64,000 nucleotides of DNA, taken from Azolla caroliniana. Taxonomy: Eukaryota > Plantae > Polypodiophyta. Each line of letters begins with the position of its first letter. Within the stretch, counting starts at the first letter, position 1. Of this stretch, positions 1-11,908 are shown piece by piece. The position numbers and the translations under genes are program-made. The DNA is taken from NCBI GenBank assembly GCA_043228905.1, contig JBHGNT010000003.1:8184001-8248000 (forward strand), in the 5' to 3' direction. Below the pieces are notes generated by a model, which was not told the DNA's origin, did no database searches, and saw nothing but the letters and a program-made list of their open reading frames with translations.

Positions 1-3000
1 GTCTCAGAGGTTTGGCGTCGAAGTTCGGAGCGTTCCGAACGGCTGTGTGTACCCGGGAGAATACGCCGTCCTTTTTCGACTTACAGTTGATGCTCCTGGT
101 AGAGGAGAACCACGCGGGTGCGTCGACGAGCACGCACACCGACAACAAGATGTTGTACACGGAGGGAGATAGGACCCGTGGTCGTGGCGGACGAGGCGAG
201 TCGGCGCACAATGGAGGCGGCTGACGAGATCAAGGAAGAAGGCACCGAAGTGATGCCGACAACAACTCCGGACCCTCCGGAAACAGGGGGAGTCGAAGCG
301 ATGAGAACCGGCAAGGGAAGGCCATTGCGGAGTGCTGGTACTGTGGCAAGAAAGGCCACAGGGAAAGCGAGTGCTGGAAGAAGCGCGCCGATTTGGAGAG
401 AACCGGTTCCGGAAATAGCTACGGACATACCGACAAGGGAAATCGGCAGCGATCGCACTACGCCGAAGACTCCGGGAGAGACGGAGAATGGTCTGCCTTT
501 GAGACAAGACACGAAGCAAACTCAATGAAACAGAGCACCCCGAGATCGGACGAGGTGTGGTACGTAGACTCCGGCGCGTCAAACCACATGACGAGCCATA
601 AGGAGTGGTTCTCGTACCTTGAAAAACCGATACAACCTAGAGTAGTCGCAACAGGAGACGACACTCCGTATCCGATCGCGAATGTCGAAGAAGTTCCCCT
701 TAACCATGTCGGGCAGAAAGGGAAACTTATGAACGAGCTGCACCTTCCAACAATCACGAAAAACTTGGTCTCGGTCCGACAGATCGTCGACCAAGGGATG
801 GAGGTTCGGTTTACACACCTCGGGTGCTTCATTGAGGAAGAAGGCCGTGTGATTGCGCAAGGGCGTAGAGACGGGAGGATGTTCATCCTCGATTCCACTG
901 ATGGCGGCACCGTAATTTTCGCGAAGGGACAAAAAGCCGAGTCGGACATCGACTTGTGGCACAAGCGGATAGGCCACATCAACCACCAGCGGCTTCAAGA
1001 TCTGCAATCGAAACAGGTAGTGTTTGGATTGCCCAAATTTAGTGGCCGAAAGGCACAAATTTGTAAAGCCTGCCAGCTCGGGAAGCAACACCGACTTCCC
1101 TTCCCCAACGAGCGAAACCGGAGCCGGAACAAGCTCGACCTTATACACTCCAATGTATGGGGGCCGACACAAAACGTTAGTCTTGGCGAGAGCCGATATT
1201 TCGTCTTCTTCATCGACGACCACACGCGGCACACGTGGATCTACCTCATTGAGAGGAAGAGCGAAGTCTTCGACTGTTTCCGGGACCTCAAAGGGTTCGT
1301 GGAAACGGAAACGGGACGAAAGATCAAGTGCCTGTGGTCGGATGGCGGGAAAGAGTACTTTTCCGTTCAATTCAATGGTTACCTACAACAAATGGGAATT
1401 CGCCGTGAATTCAGTTGTAGATACACGCCGGAGTAGAACGGCGTGGCCGAGAGGAAGAATCAGTCAGTTGTGGAAGCGGCACGGGCAATGCTGGAGGAGA
1501 AGAGCTTTCCCAAGTTCTATTGGGCCGAGGCGGTAAGGACCACGGTATACATCCAGAATCGGATCGGAGACAAAGTGTCGGCGCACGAGCTATATTTCGG
1601 AACGAAGCCGAACTTGCGACACTTGAGGGTGTTCGGTAGCATTGCGTATGTGCACATACCGAAGGAGAAAAGGAGGAAGCTGGACGCAAAGGCCGAGAAA
1701 TGCATCTTGGTCGGTTACTCGGACGAGCAGAAGGGTTATAAGTGCTATAACCCTCGCACCAAACAAGCGCGTGTCGGCCGCGACGTTGTGTTCGACGAGT
1801 CCGCGTCCTAGTACCTGCCCCCGACTACGAACCTCGACTCCAATCCGAGCTCTGACGATGAGGTCAGCGAGGCCGAGATGGCTCCGGATGAGCCCAAAAT
1901 CGAGACCCGCGAAGAGAGTCCGATTTCACTCCGGTTAAGGGGACCGATTGGACGACTGAGTCGGTACGACCAGTCCGATGAAGAGCCGGCGAGTAGTGGA
2001 GACTCGGCTGTGCATTCCCTGCGTAGGAAGCCGAGGAGACGGCTTACGCGCAAAGAGAAAGGGAAGAAGAAGGTGTCGGATTCCGGCACGGAAAGGAACG
2101 AGTCAGACCGACGCTAGTCCGACTCCGAGGGAACCGGTGACGGGTCTTTAAAAGTGAAGTCCGCGTCAACCGAGAAGGGCTCGACATCGGCTAATGTGAG
2201 ATTACGCCGATCTACCCGCCAGAAGAATCTTGTTTTGCGGTTCAGATACAATGAGTACATGGCGTATCATTATGCGTACATGACTCGTGTAGCGGAAGTG
2301 CGTGAGCCGGAGAGCTACGCAGAAGCGGCTAAAGACGCGAATTGGCGTGCCACGATGGAGGAAGAGATGCACGCATTGGTGGAGAACGAGACCTGGGACC
2401 TGGTTGACGCACCAATAGGGGTAAAACCGATCGTGTAGGCTGGTGTACAAAGTCAAGTACAACACCGATGGCTCGGTCAACCGGTACAAGGCTCGGCTAG
2501 TGGGAAATGGCTACGCGCAGAAACATGGCATCGACTACGATGAGACATTTGCGCCGGTCGCGAAAATGACGACCGTCCGTGTTTTGCTTGCAGTAGCCGC
2601 GGCCAAGGGGTGGCATTTACATCAGATGGATGTAAAGAATGCGTTCCTGCAAGGTGACCTTGAGGAACAGGTGTACATGGTTTAGCCCCCCGGATTTCAC
2701 TCCGGAACGAACTCCTCGGCAGTATGCCGACTGAAGAAGTCCCTTTACAGACTGAAGCAAGCCCTGCGTGCCTGGAACACGAAGATCACGCAACAACTGC
2801 GTCGGATGGGCTTCGTCACATCAAAATCGGACTCTTCCCTGTTCATCCGGCAAGGTCGACTTGGACCGGTTAGTATTTTACTATATGTTGATGACTTGGT
2901 CATCACCGGCGCCGACCTAGGTGAAATCAACCGCGTGAAGCTCCAGCTTGCGGCATCGTTCGACATGAAGGATCTGGGGGACCTTCATTACTTCCTTGGG

Positions 3001-4359
3001 CTCGAAGTGATCTGTACCCCCGAATGCATATTGATCAGCCAACGTCATTACGTGCTGGGTATGCTCTTTAAATTCGGGATGGCCGACTGTAAGTCTGTCT
3101 GGACTCCTCTAGACAGAACTGTCAAGCTTCGTCCCGATACGGGAAAGGTATGCGACCCGACGAGGTTCCGACAAATTGTCGGAAGCCTCATATACTTGAC
3201 CATCACCCGACCCGACCTTAGTTATCCGGTCGGGGTGATCAGTCAGTTCATGGCGCGACCTACGGAGGAGCACCTTCAATGTGCGCAACGCGTACTACGG
3301 TACGTAAGTGGCACTAAGGACGGCGGACTGCTATATCAGACCGGTGCAACCACACAGTTAGTCGGCTACACCGATGCTGATTGGGCTGGCAACGCCGCCG
3401 ATCGCCGATCCACGTCCGGATATGCGTTCTCCCTCGGGAGTGCCGCGATCGCGTGGAGCAGTAAGAAGCAGCCGATAGTTGCATTGTCGAGCACCGAAGA
3501 TGAGTACCGAGGAGCGGCTGTCGCGACATGCGAAGCCATATGGTTGAAGCGACTACTTAAGGACCTGCAGGTGGAGGTGTCAGATCTGACGACGATCTAC
3601 TGCGACAACCTCAGCAGCATCAAGCTCGCGAAGAACCCCGTTTTCCACGCACGGACCAAGCACATTGAGGTGCACTACCATTTCGTCTGTGAGCGTGTCA
3701 TTTCCGGTGAAGTTGAACTTCAGTACGTTCCGATGGATCGGCACACTGCCGACATCTTCACAAAGCCTCTTGGTCTGGACAAGTTGCGGCAATTCTCAGG
3801 TGCGCTCGGATTGCGTCACCTCGACGTGCCGAACTTGAGGGGGAGAACAGTCCCGAACGAGCAAGAAAGGAGCGGAGACCACAACACCGAGTCGGTTGTC
3901 GAGTTCGAGTTCGGATCGGTTGAAGAAGCCGAGGGCGGACCCGCGGAGAAGTCCGGAAGCGGACAGAAGGGGAGCGGCCGAAGGAGAGAGCCGAAGCCAA
4001 CCACGCATGGGGGAGATGACGCCATCGAGGGCGAGAAGACCGAAGACGAGTTGGAGACAGCCAACTCGGACGAGAGCGAAAACCGATCGAAGGTAGCCGA
4101 ATTGGTTCAGATGTTTGATTCAGACACGTTGAATCAACCGAGGCCCAAGCGGAAGAAAAGGCAGTAGGAGAAGCGTCGACACCGCAACAACAAAAGAGCT
4201 GATAAGGGCCACATGAGCAGACAAGCCGACCAGAAGGGTCGAAGCTCGCGGAGTCAAACAGGTGGAGGAGCGCGAGCGAGGCGTGAAGCCAGGAGGAATT
4301 GGAGCTGTGAGTCCGAGGATCCCGAAGAGCCTCGAGTTGAGCTTGAGGGGGAGTGTTGA
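1..4359 (+). pseudogene. Copia A gag-pol, disrupted by stops/frameshifts (ORF pieces 393-1436, 1443-1811, 2154-2438, 2443-2685, 2806-4167)
   Basis: Collinear domain fragments; frame continues past the TAG at 4165 to ...VELEGEC* ending in the LTR TGTTGA. Confidence 0.92.
4342..4353 (+). promoter_or_regulatory. Polypurine tract (PPT) of copia A
   Basis: CTTGAGGGGGAG directly before LTR TG. Confidence 0.9.
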
Positions 4360-4742
4360 GAGACAAGCTCAACATCGGTTGGATCGACTGAAGAAGCCGA
4401 GGACCGGATCGGTTGGGACCGATCGGTTAGGCCGAGTGCGTAAACCGAGAGGCCATTAGGAAAGATATTCCGTGAGGAATATATTTGGGAGTTAGTGTAG
4501 GAGCTCTTAATGAGCATTGAAGTACTGTCAGTACTTCGGTCAGTCCTTCTAGGACTTGTATAAAAATGTTCACTAAAGCACGTCTTATGTACAGATTGAG
4601 TATTATTGTTGAATATAGTTTTTTGTGTTTCTCTCTCTCTGTCTCTCCTGCATATACCGTGTAAGCTCAAGCTCTCCATTAAACCTAAGTTTCCTCTCTT
4701 CTATTCGGTCTTCATACTTGCTTCCGCACGCTACTTTCTACA
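4354..4742 (+). repeat. 3' LTR of copia A
   Basis: TGTTGAG...TTTCTACA; closely matches LTR 60361-60773 and is related to A' LTRs. Confidence 0.93.
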
Positions 4743-7700
4743 AAAAGTTGTCATGTATCGCGATACCGACTAATCTTCATACCAAGTATGTGTCTTGCCG
4801 GACTGAGGTCCTTCATGGCAAACTTCAACCGAAGTTGCCGAACGAGTTCGGTGAGCTCTCTAGCATGCCGACCGGAGAGTAGCATGTCATCCACGTAGAT
4901 GATGAGGAAGACGGGAGACCCGTCTTGAGCTGTTTTGGTGAAGAGACAATGGTCCTCATCGCTCTTTGAGAAGCTGACCGATTAGATGAAGTTGTCGAAC
5001 TTCTTGTACCACTGTCAGGGTGCCTGTTTCAGGCCGTAGAGACTCTTCTTGAGTCGACAGACTAGATGTTCCTGGCCAGGTGTCACAAAGCCTTTCGGCT
5101 GCTCCATATAGATTTTCTCCTATAGGTCACCGTGGAGGAATGCCGTTTTTACATCTAGTTGAATCAGTTCCAAGTTGTCGGCGGACACAACGCCGAGCAT
5201 GAAACGAAGGGTCATCATTTTCACCACTGGTGGAAAGATTTCGTCGAAGTCGACGCCATATTCTTGTCGAAATCCCTTCGCAACTAATCTGGCCTTGTAC
5301 TTTGGGGTGGTCGAGTCGGACGTCTCTTTTAGTCAATAGACCCACTTACACGGAAGAGCACGTCGATTCTTCGGTAACGCGACCAAGTTCCAAGTCTTGT
5401 TTGCTCGAATGGAGTGCATTTCCGACTCCATCGCCAGATACCATGTGGCTAAATCGGCAAATGCCGATGCTTCTTTGTAAGACGTCGGTTCACCTACGTC
5501 GGTAAAGAAAATTCTGGGAGAATACCTCTCCGGAGGTTGTGACAGTCTCTCAGATCTGCGAGGTATGACTGGACTAGTTGCACCGGGTGTCGATTTCGGA
5601 TGGTCGGGAGCTGAGCCATTCGGCTGTGCTGAATCGGTGGATTCGGTGCGAGAGTTGTCAGTTACTTGTGAAACCTATCTCGTGTTGTGGGTTGGGCCGT
5701 CATGAAGGGTTGGCACTTTGGAAAATATTACCCTTCGGACTTCAATAGGCCTTTCGGCCGTTTTATGCATAGCCGACTCGTTGAACACGACGTCCGAACT
5801 TTGGACGATTTGTCTTTGCTCGGGGTTCCAGAGTCGGTATCCGATCTCGCCGTCGGGTCCATATCCAAGAAAAACACATTTCCTTGACCTTGGTTCAAGT
5901 TTCCGGTGGTCGTCTTTCGGTATGAGAGCATATGCCTCGCAACCGAAGATCCTCAGTTTGTCATAATTCGGCTTATTGCTAGTCCATATTTCCTGAGGTA
6001 TTTGAAGTCCTAGAGGTCTACTTGGCGACATATTAATTATGTGTACTGCCGTAAGTAGAGCCTCCGCCCAGAAGCCATCCGACAGTTCGGAGTGTTGGAG
6101 CATGGATACTACGCGTTCTTGAATCGTCCGATTCATGCGTTCAGCAATTCCGTTCTGCTCCGAACTATAAGGTCTGATTTTCGACCATTGTAAGCCATTC
6201 AGAGAAGATTGAGAACACCCGATCTTTGGTTCTGATGGGGTAAGCCCACACCTTCCGAGTCAAGTTGTCAATAAAACTGACGAAGTACGAAGCACCGCTG
6301 AGAGACTGATGTGGCATCGGGCCACAGATGTCCGAGTGGACCAAATCGAGGGGACTCGATTCTCTTGGTGCTGATGTTGGGTGTGATGTGGCTACCTGTT
6401 TGCCGTATTGGCAATGCTCGCAGAATTGGTGATCCGAGAAGGAGAGTTTGGGGATGTAACTGGCTCTGGATAGGTGCGTTATGCCGGCCTTGCTGAGGTG
6501 TCCAAGTCGTCTGTGCCATAACGATGACACGGGTATATCAACCAAAAATAAGTCATCCTCTTTGAGTGTGACATATAAAGGATACAACGAATGTACCTTT
6601 GGTCCTCGAGCAAGCAGGAGGTTCCCTTTGTGGAGTGTCCACCCTCCTGATGAGAATCCGACACGGATGCCAATTTCGTCAAGTTGTCCGACTGAGATCA
6701 AGGGTCTTGAAAGCTCAGGAACATGTCGGACGTTGTGTAGTATGAGTGTAGAGCTTCCCGGAAGATTGAGCTCTATGGTGCTGATTCTGATTATAGCACA
6801 ATGTTGCGAGTTTTCGACTCAAACTGAGTCAGAGTGCCGGTCTGAGTATTGCCGAAACTGAGATCGGTGAGGTGTCACATGATACAATGCAGCTGAGTCC
6901 AGGAACCATGTGCTCGATTCCTCAGTCGTTAGCAAAACTTCTGATTCGACTGGGTTCTCTATGGACAGTATGTTCGGGTCGGTCGTCAAAATTTCGGCTG
7001 AAGAGCCGATGTAGTTGACCTCCTCATGCTGGCTACTCTTTTGATCCGCTCTCTGAGCTTTGTCGGTTTTTTCTTTGAGTGCCCAACAGTCGGCTTTGAT
7101 GTGTCTCGATTTCTTGCAGTAGTTGCAGATTCGGTTGTCCCGGGACTTGCTCCGGCTTCGCTGATTGTTCGGCGGTTGGGAAGAACTTCTTCCCCGGTTG
7201 TTTGATCGGTCGGTCGAACCTTGTACTATATAGGCTTCATCTGCTGAGTCTTTGGCGAAAGACGTTCTCCAAGGTGCTTCAATCAGGATTGCGCTCGTGA
7301 CTTCAGAGTACTTAACGAAAGCTGTTGAAGCATTGCACACGGTTGTAACGAAAGTTTCCCATGAAGAGGGAAGACTACTCATGAGTATCATTGCTCTGAG
7401 TTCATCCTAAATTGTCGTCCCCTGAGACGAGATTTGGGAGCTTATGTTTTCGTACTCGTTGAGGTGTGCTTGAACCGAATCAGATTCTTTCATCCGCAAG
7501 TTGTAGAGGCGCCGGATCAGATACATCTTCGTTGCGGCAACCTTCTTTTCATAAGTTTCCCACAGTGTTTTCCAAAGTTGAAACGCTGTCGTGCATGATT
7601 GCACTGTGAAGTACACTGACTCCAACAAGTGCATCCGAATCGTGGCACAGACGATTTTGTCCAGCTTTAGCTACTCGTTTGCCGTGTATGCTTCTGGAGG

Positions 7701-7832
7701 ATTTTCATTCTCAATCGGGCCTATCTGACCCTTGATTATGAGATAGTCCTGCATTTGTTCCTTCCAGAAGTTGAAGTTCAAACCGTCGAACCTCCTTAGA
7801 CTCATCTCTGATGAGCCGGATGTTGATGCCAT
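4743..7832 (-). pseudogene. Copia B gag-pol, degenerate with internal deletions
   Basis: ORF pieces 7407-7634, 6819-7391, 6165-6701, 5675-6136; probable ATG at 7832 (MASTSGSSEMS). Confidence 0.85.
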
Positions 7833-8485
7833 CTGCTTTGGTTTTGGTTGGTAAGACTCGGTTCGGAGTTGACTACGAACCCTAGTGGGGTGCAGTCGGT
7901 CGGCTCACCCGATATCGTTCTAGTCGGTTTTGAACCCGAGTCAGTTTGGTTTCGGATACTTGTTGCTGAACTTGCTCGGAGTGACTCCGGTAACTTGAGG
8001 GACAGAACCGGCTGGTCTTCTCGAATGTTACCGAGTCGGAGTGAGCCCGGTTAGCTTCCGATTGTATGCCAAATACCGATTACACGAAACCGATTGTTTG
8101 GGCCAATTCTACTTCGGATGACTGTAGCGATGAGAGGGACGGATCCAACTGATCAGCCAAGTGAAGCACGAAGTGGTTGTTGCTAGGAGACCAATCTGTA
8201 GCAGGTGGTTACAACAAGCGAGTGAATAACGTCCGGTGACCTATTCGGACGTTGTTTAACCGAATGAAGCACGATTGGGTCGGTTGTTGCTCAAGGAGCT
8301 CCCCTCAAGCGGTTACAATCACAGGAACAGAGTACAACCGACTGGCTTACTCCAATTTGTGATTTAACACAGTGAGATGCGAGCTTTTTGTTTTTATCTT
8401 CTCCCTTCTCTGTTCTTCAAAGAAAACGAAAACATAATGTTGTGTTGTGCGATGACGGTCGACAGCGGGTTGAAGAACCTCCAAC

Positions 8486-8497
8486 GCTCTGATACCA
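8486..8497 (-). promoter_or_regulatory. PBS, tRNA-iMet type
   Basis: Reverse complement TGGTATCAGAGC, 2 nt from LTR. Confidence 0.92.
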
Positions 8498-8499
8498 AA

Positions 8500-8798
8500 T
8501 GTTGGGGACAAGGTCGTCAATGTGGAAGTGCAAGCAACATTCGTGATGAAGAAGAACCTGTGTATGGATGAGCAAGATAGACACAGAGGGAGAGAGAGAG
8601 AGAGAGGCACAAAAGAACCGTTATATTCCAATAGCAACAATTACAAATGACAACCAACACCCACTAAAGGTTACAAAGTCACTTTATATAGAGACTATCC
8701 TAGGGCAACCATCCTTTATGCTATTTACAGAAATAGCCCGAACTTGGGCTGTCCAAAGGGACAGTGTGAATACAGCCATTATACACTCGTATTCGACA
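8500..8798 (-). repeat. 5' LTR of copia B
   Basis: TGTCGA...CCAACA on - strand; related LTR piece at 49893-50172. Confidence 0.8.
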
Positions 8799-11069
8799 CA
8801 AGGCCCCTTGACTTCTTTTACCCGATCCTTCAAAACTTTTTCAAGTTGAAACCAATGCAAGCGATTATGCTAAAGGCGATGTCTTATATCAAGATGGTAA
8901 ACCAATAACATTCGAGAGTAAGAAACTTGATTCTGCTCAATGTCGGTATACGGTTCAAGAAAAGGATCTATTTGAAGTTATACATGCGCTCAAAACATGG
9001 TGCCATTATTTTTATGGAAATCGTTATGTGGTAACTACCGACCATGAGTCCTTGAAATATTTTTGTGACCAACAAGACCTGAAAGGTCCTAAGGCATGAT
9101 GGGTTGATCTCATCCAGGACTTTGATTTTTTCATAAGATATCGTAAAGGTTCCATGAACATTGTCGCTGATGAAGTAAGTCGCCTCCGTGAAGTTAACAT
9201 GCTTAGTTTCACTGAAATAAGATCAGATCTTTATTATCACCTTCCAATAAAGTATCCTGATGACAATTATTTTGCGAAATACTGGGCAAGAGTTAAGTTT
9301 GGAACAGATTCCACCACATCCTCGAAGGAATCCTTCCACATGGCTAACAGTCTGCTCTCCTGTAATGGGAAGGTTTGTGTTCCAGATTTGCCTGTGGTAA
9401 AAAAGAGAATTCTTTTTGAATGCCATGATGCACCCTCAGCAGGGCAGACATAGCTATGTGACTAAATGTCACCAATGTGAGGTTAACAAATCCAAGCAAC
9501 ATAAAGCCGCAAGACTTTTACATCCCTTGGACATTCCCAATAATAAGTGGGAAATTATATCTATGGATTTTATTGTTAGCCTTCCTCGCACCCAAGAAGG
9601 CCATGATGCCATTTGGGTTGTGGTTGGTAGACTAACTAAAATGACCAGATTTATTGCTACTAAAACCATGGTAACAACTCTTGAATTGGCTTACCAATTC
9701 GTTGACGAGTTATTTCGTTTTTATGGGTTACCGATGGATATCGTGAGTGATCAAGATCTAAAGTTTACTAGTGACTTCCAGACTCAAGTCTTTAAGAAGT
9801 TAGAAACTACATTGAGCATGAGCTCCACGGATCATCCCCAATCGGATGGACAAATAGAACGAGTAAATCAAATTATTGAGGACATGCTTTGAGCATACGT
9901 TGGTGCAAAACCAACAAAATGGGAACGTTATCTCCCAATTTTGGAGTTTGCTTATAACAGCTCCAAGCATACGTCGACGGGATATAGTCCTTTTATGTTG
10001 ATGTATAGTTTTCAGCCACGAGCCCTGATTGATGTTAATATACATCATGATGAGTTGCGAAGTACGCAAAAATTTCTTCGGGATATGCAATATATGTTGC
10101 ATATTGCACGAGATAATATAAAAACAACTCAAGATAGAGTGTTATTTTACGCCGATCATAATAGGCAACCTCATGTATTCAACCCTAGACAAAAGGTATT
10201 TTTATGTGTACCTCAGAATTCTAAGACATTGTCTAAGGGTAAGTGCGCTAAGTTAGCCCCACAGTTTTGTGGACCTTTTCAAGTCCTCAAACGCATTGGT
10301 TCATCAGCCTATCGTCTCGCTCTTCTTGATGGCGTTGAAATTCATCCAGTTTTTCATGTAAGTCATCTAAAAGAACTTCTAGGTTCTGGTGACAATACAG
10401 TTACAATTGAAACTTTGGTTATATTCTAAACCACATGTACCAGAAAGAATTCTTGATGTTAAAACAAAAAATCTGCGTACTAAAGTAATCCGAGAATATA
10501 AAATTAAATGGATGGATAAATCTATCAATGATGCCACATGGGAACGCGAAAATACTCTTAGAACTAACTTCCCTAACTTTCCATTGCAAGAGTGCAATGT
10601 TTTAAAGAGGGGGAGTATGTTACGGGCATGACCATATAATATCCCGTGGTGAGAATTTACCATAGTATTCTATACACGTGGATAAGTGTGAGGGTTAAAA
10701 GAGAGTGTAAAGAAGGGGAGGATTACTTTTAATCCTGGGGATTGAGACAACCCATTAGGCCAAGTGTGAACTTGCCTGGGGGCCTTAGGTATCGCTATAA
10801 ATATGAGGCCTAACTACCCTCATTTCATCATATCTTGACTACGTCGAGACTCTATTTCGTGGGGGGTCAACTCTTGTAGCGAGCGCGCCAACACCAGGTA
10901 CGATTCGACGCCACAATAGTGGTATGGGACGCCGATCGAGGCTCGAGTCCGTCTCGATCCCTTCGCTCGGGTGTGGTTGGGTGGATCGACACCCTTCTTT
11001 CTCTCTCTCCTTTCTATCTATCTATCTTTTATCCTTATCATATGCTTAGTTTCGAACATAACTCTAACA
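8799..11069 (+). mobile_element. Ty3/gypsy chromovirus, 3' portion (RNase H-integrase-chromodomain-PPT-LTR)
   Basis: RNase H (FQVETNASDYA), integrase (WEIISMDFIVSLP, HPQSDGQIE), GPF motif, IHPVFHVS, chromodomain-like PERILD..EYKIKW..DATWE, PPT AAGAGGGGGAG. Confidence 0.92.
10618..11069 (+). repeat. 3' LTR of chromovirus
   Basis: TGTTACGGG...CTCTAACA after PPT; homologous to reverse copy 25087-25102 + 30982-31407. Confidence 0.85.
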
Positions 11070-11259
11070 TCCAGTGTCCCAAATTTGGTTTATACCCGAA
11101 ATACAACTTGTGTGTCGACACTCCATTTGTAGACGCCCGATTTTGCAGGTAAACGATCGTCCTGACCGCTTCGGCCTAGTAGAACTTGGGCATGTGCTTG
11201 TCTTCAAGCATTACCCTTGCCGCTTCATCAATGGTTCGATTCTTCCTTTCGGCTATGCC
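11070..11259 (-). pseudogene. Copia D integrase fragment (left half)
   Basis: Translates GIAERKNRTIDEAARVMLEDKHMPKFY*AEAV; joins 23937 across 5-bp duplication ATGCC/ATGTC. Confidence 0.85.
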
Positions 11260-11729
11260 TGTGGACTGGCAAAGACTTAAAAGCAGGATAAAGTCCAGAA
11301 TGGGAAAGGGATAATTATTTTAGAACCAGGAGTTGTTATCTATAATTACTATATATTGAGAAGCGAATGGACGGACCTGGAATCGGTATGCCGATCCGGA
11401 TCTGGACCGGTTGTCGATTGGCACCGGTTCGTACCCAAAGCCAATGACCTATAAAAGGACCCGGTTAGATTGTAATCAGATAGCGGTTTATTAATGAAAG
11501 TGTTGTTGTTCTACATCTTGGTTAATCTTTGAAGCTTTAGTTAATTACTGTTCTGTGCTTAATAGAATCTATCTTACGCGTGTATTACGATCATTAACCA
11601 CGCCGGTTAGTATCCGGTTAGGAATATGTTTGTAACACGGTCTATGCCTACCCCACTTGCACCACCTCCTTGATGAAGTGTCCTAGAGGGACACCTTGTG
11701 TTAGGGCTAGTCCTGCCCAAGGAGTAACA
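11260..11729 (+). repeat. 5' LTR of G1
   Basis: TGTGG...GAGTAACA, TATA-like CTATAAAAGG near 11449, followed by TGGCGACCA PBS-like motif at ~11737. Confidence 0.82.
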
Positions 11730-11908
11730 TAGTTTTTGGCGACCATGATGCCTGCTCAAGCGCAGTGAACAGGGGGGGGGCATGGATGATTAGACCAACA
11801 AACGACCCAACAACGGAGCGAGCGAGACAACTCACCGAAAGATTGCGGAAGCGCAAAGCGTACCACTAGGCGGCATAAGAAATCCCCACGGATCGATCCT
11901 TTTCAAAG

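Larger units (their letters stand above)
1..4742 (+). mobile_element. Ty1/copia LTR retrotransposon, family A, 5' part outside window
   Basis: Copia domain order: gag Zn-knuckle (CWYCGKKGHRESEC), protease (WYVDSGASNHMT), GAG-pre-integrase (LWHKRIGH), integrase (SDGGKEY..AERKN), RT (LYVDDL), RNase H (YTDADWAG, CDN, HARTKHIEVHYHF), PPT, 3' LTR. Confidence 0.96.
4743..8798 (-). mobile_element. Ty1/copia family B (Tnt1-like), interrupted in RT by copia A
   Basis: 5' LTR 8500-8798, iMet PBS 8486-8497, long leader, degenerate gag (CNYCKKSRHIKADC), protease (WFLDSAALYHVT), integrase (AERMNRTI), RT up to IYVDDML at ~4880. Confidence 0.92.
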
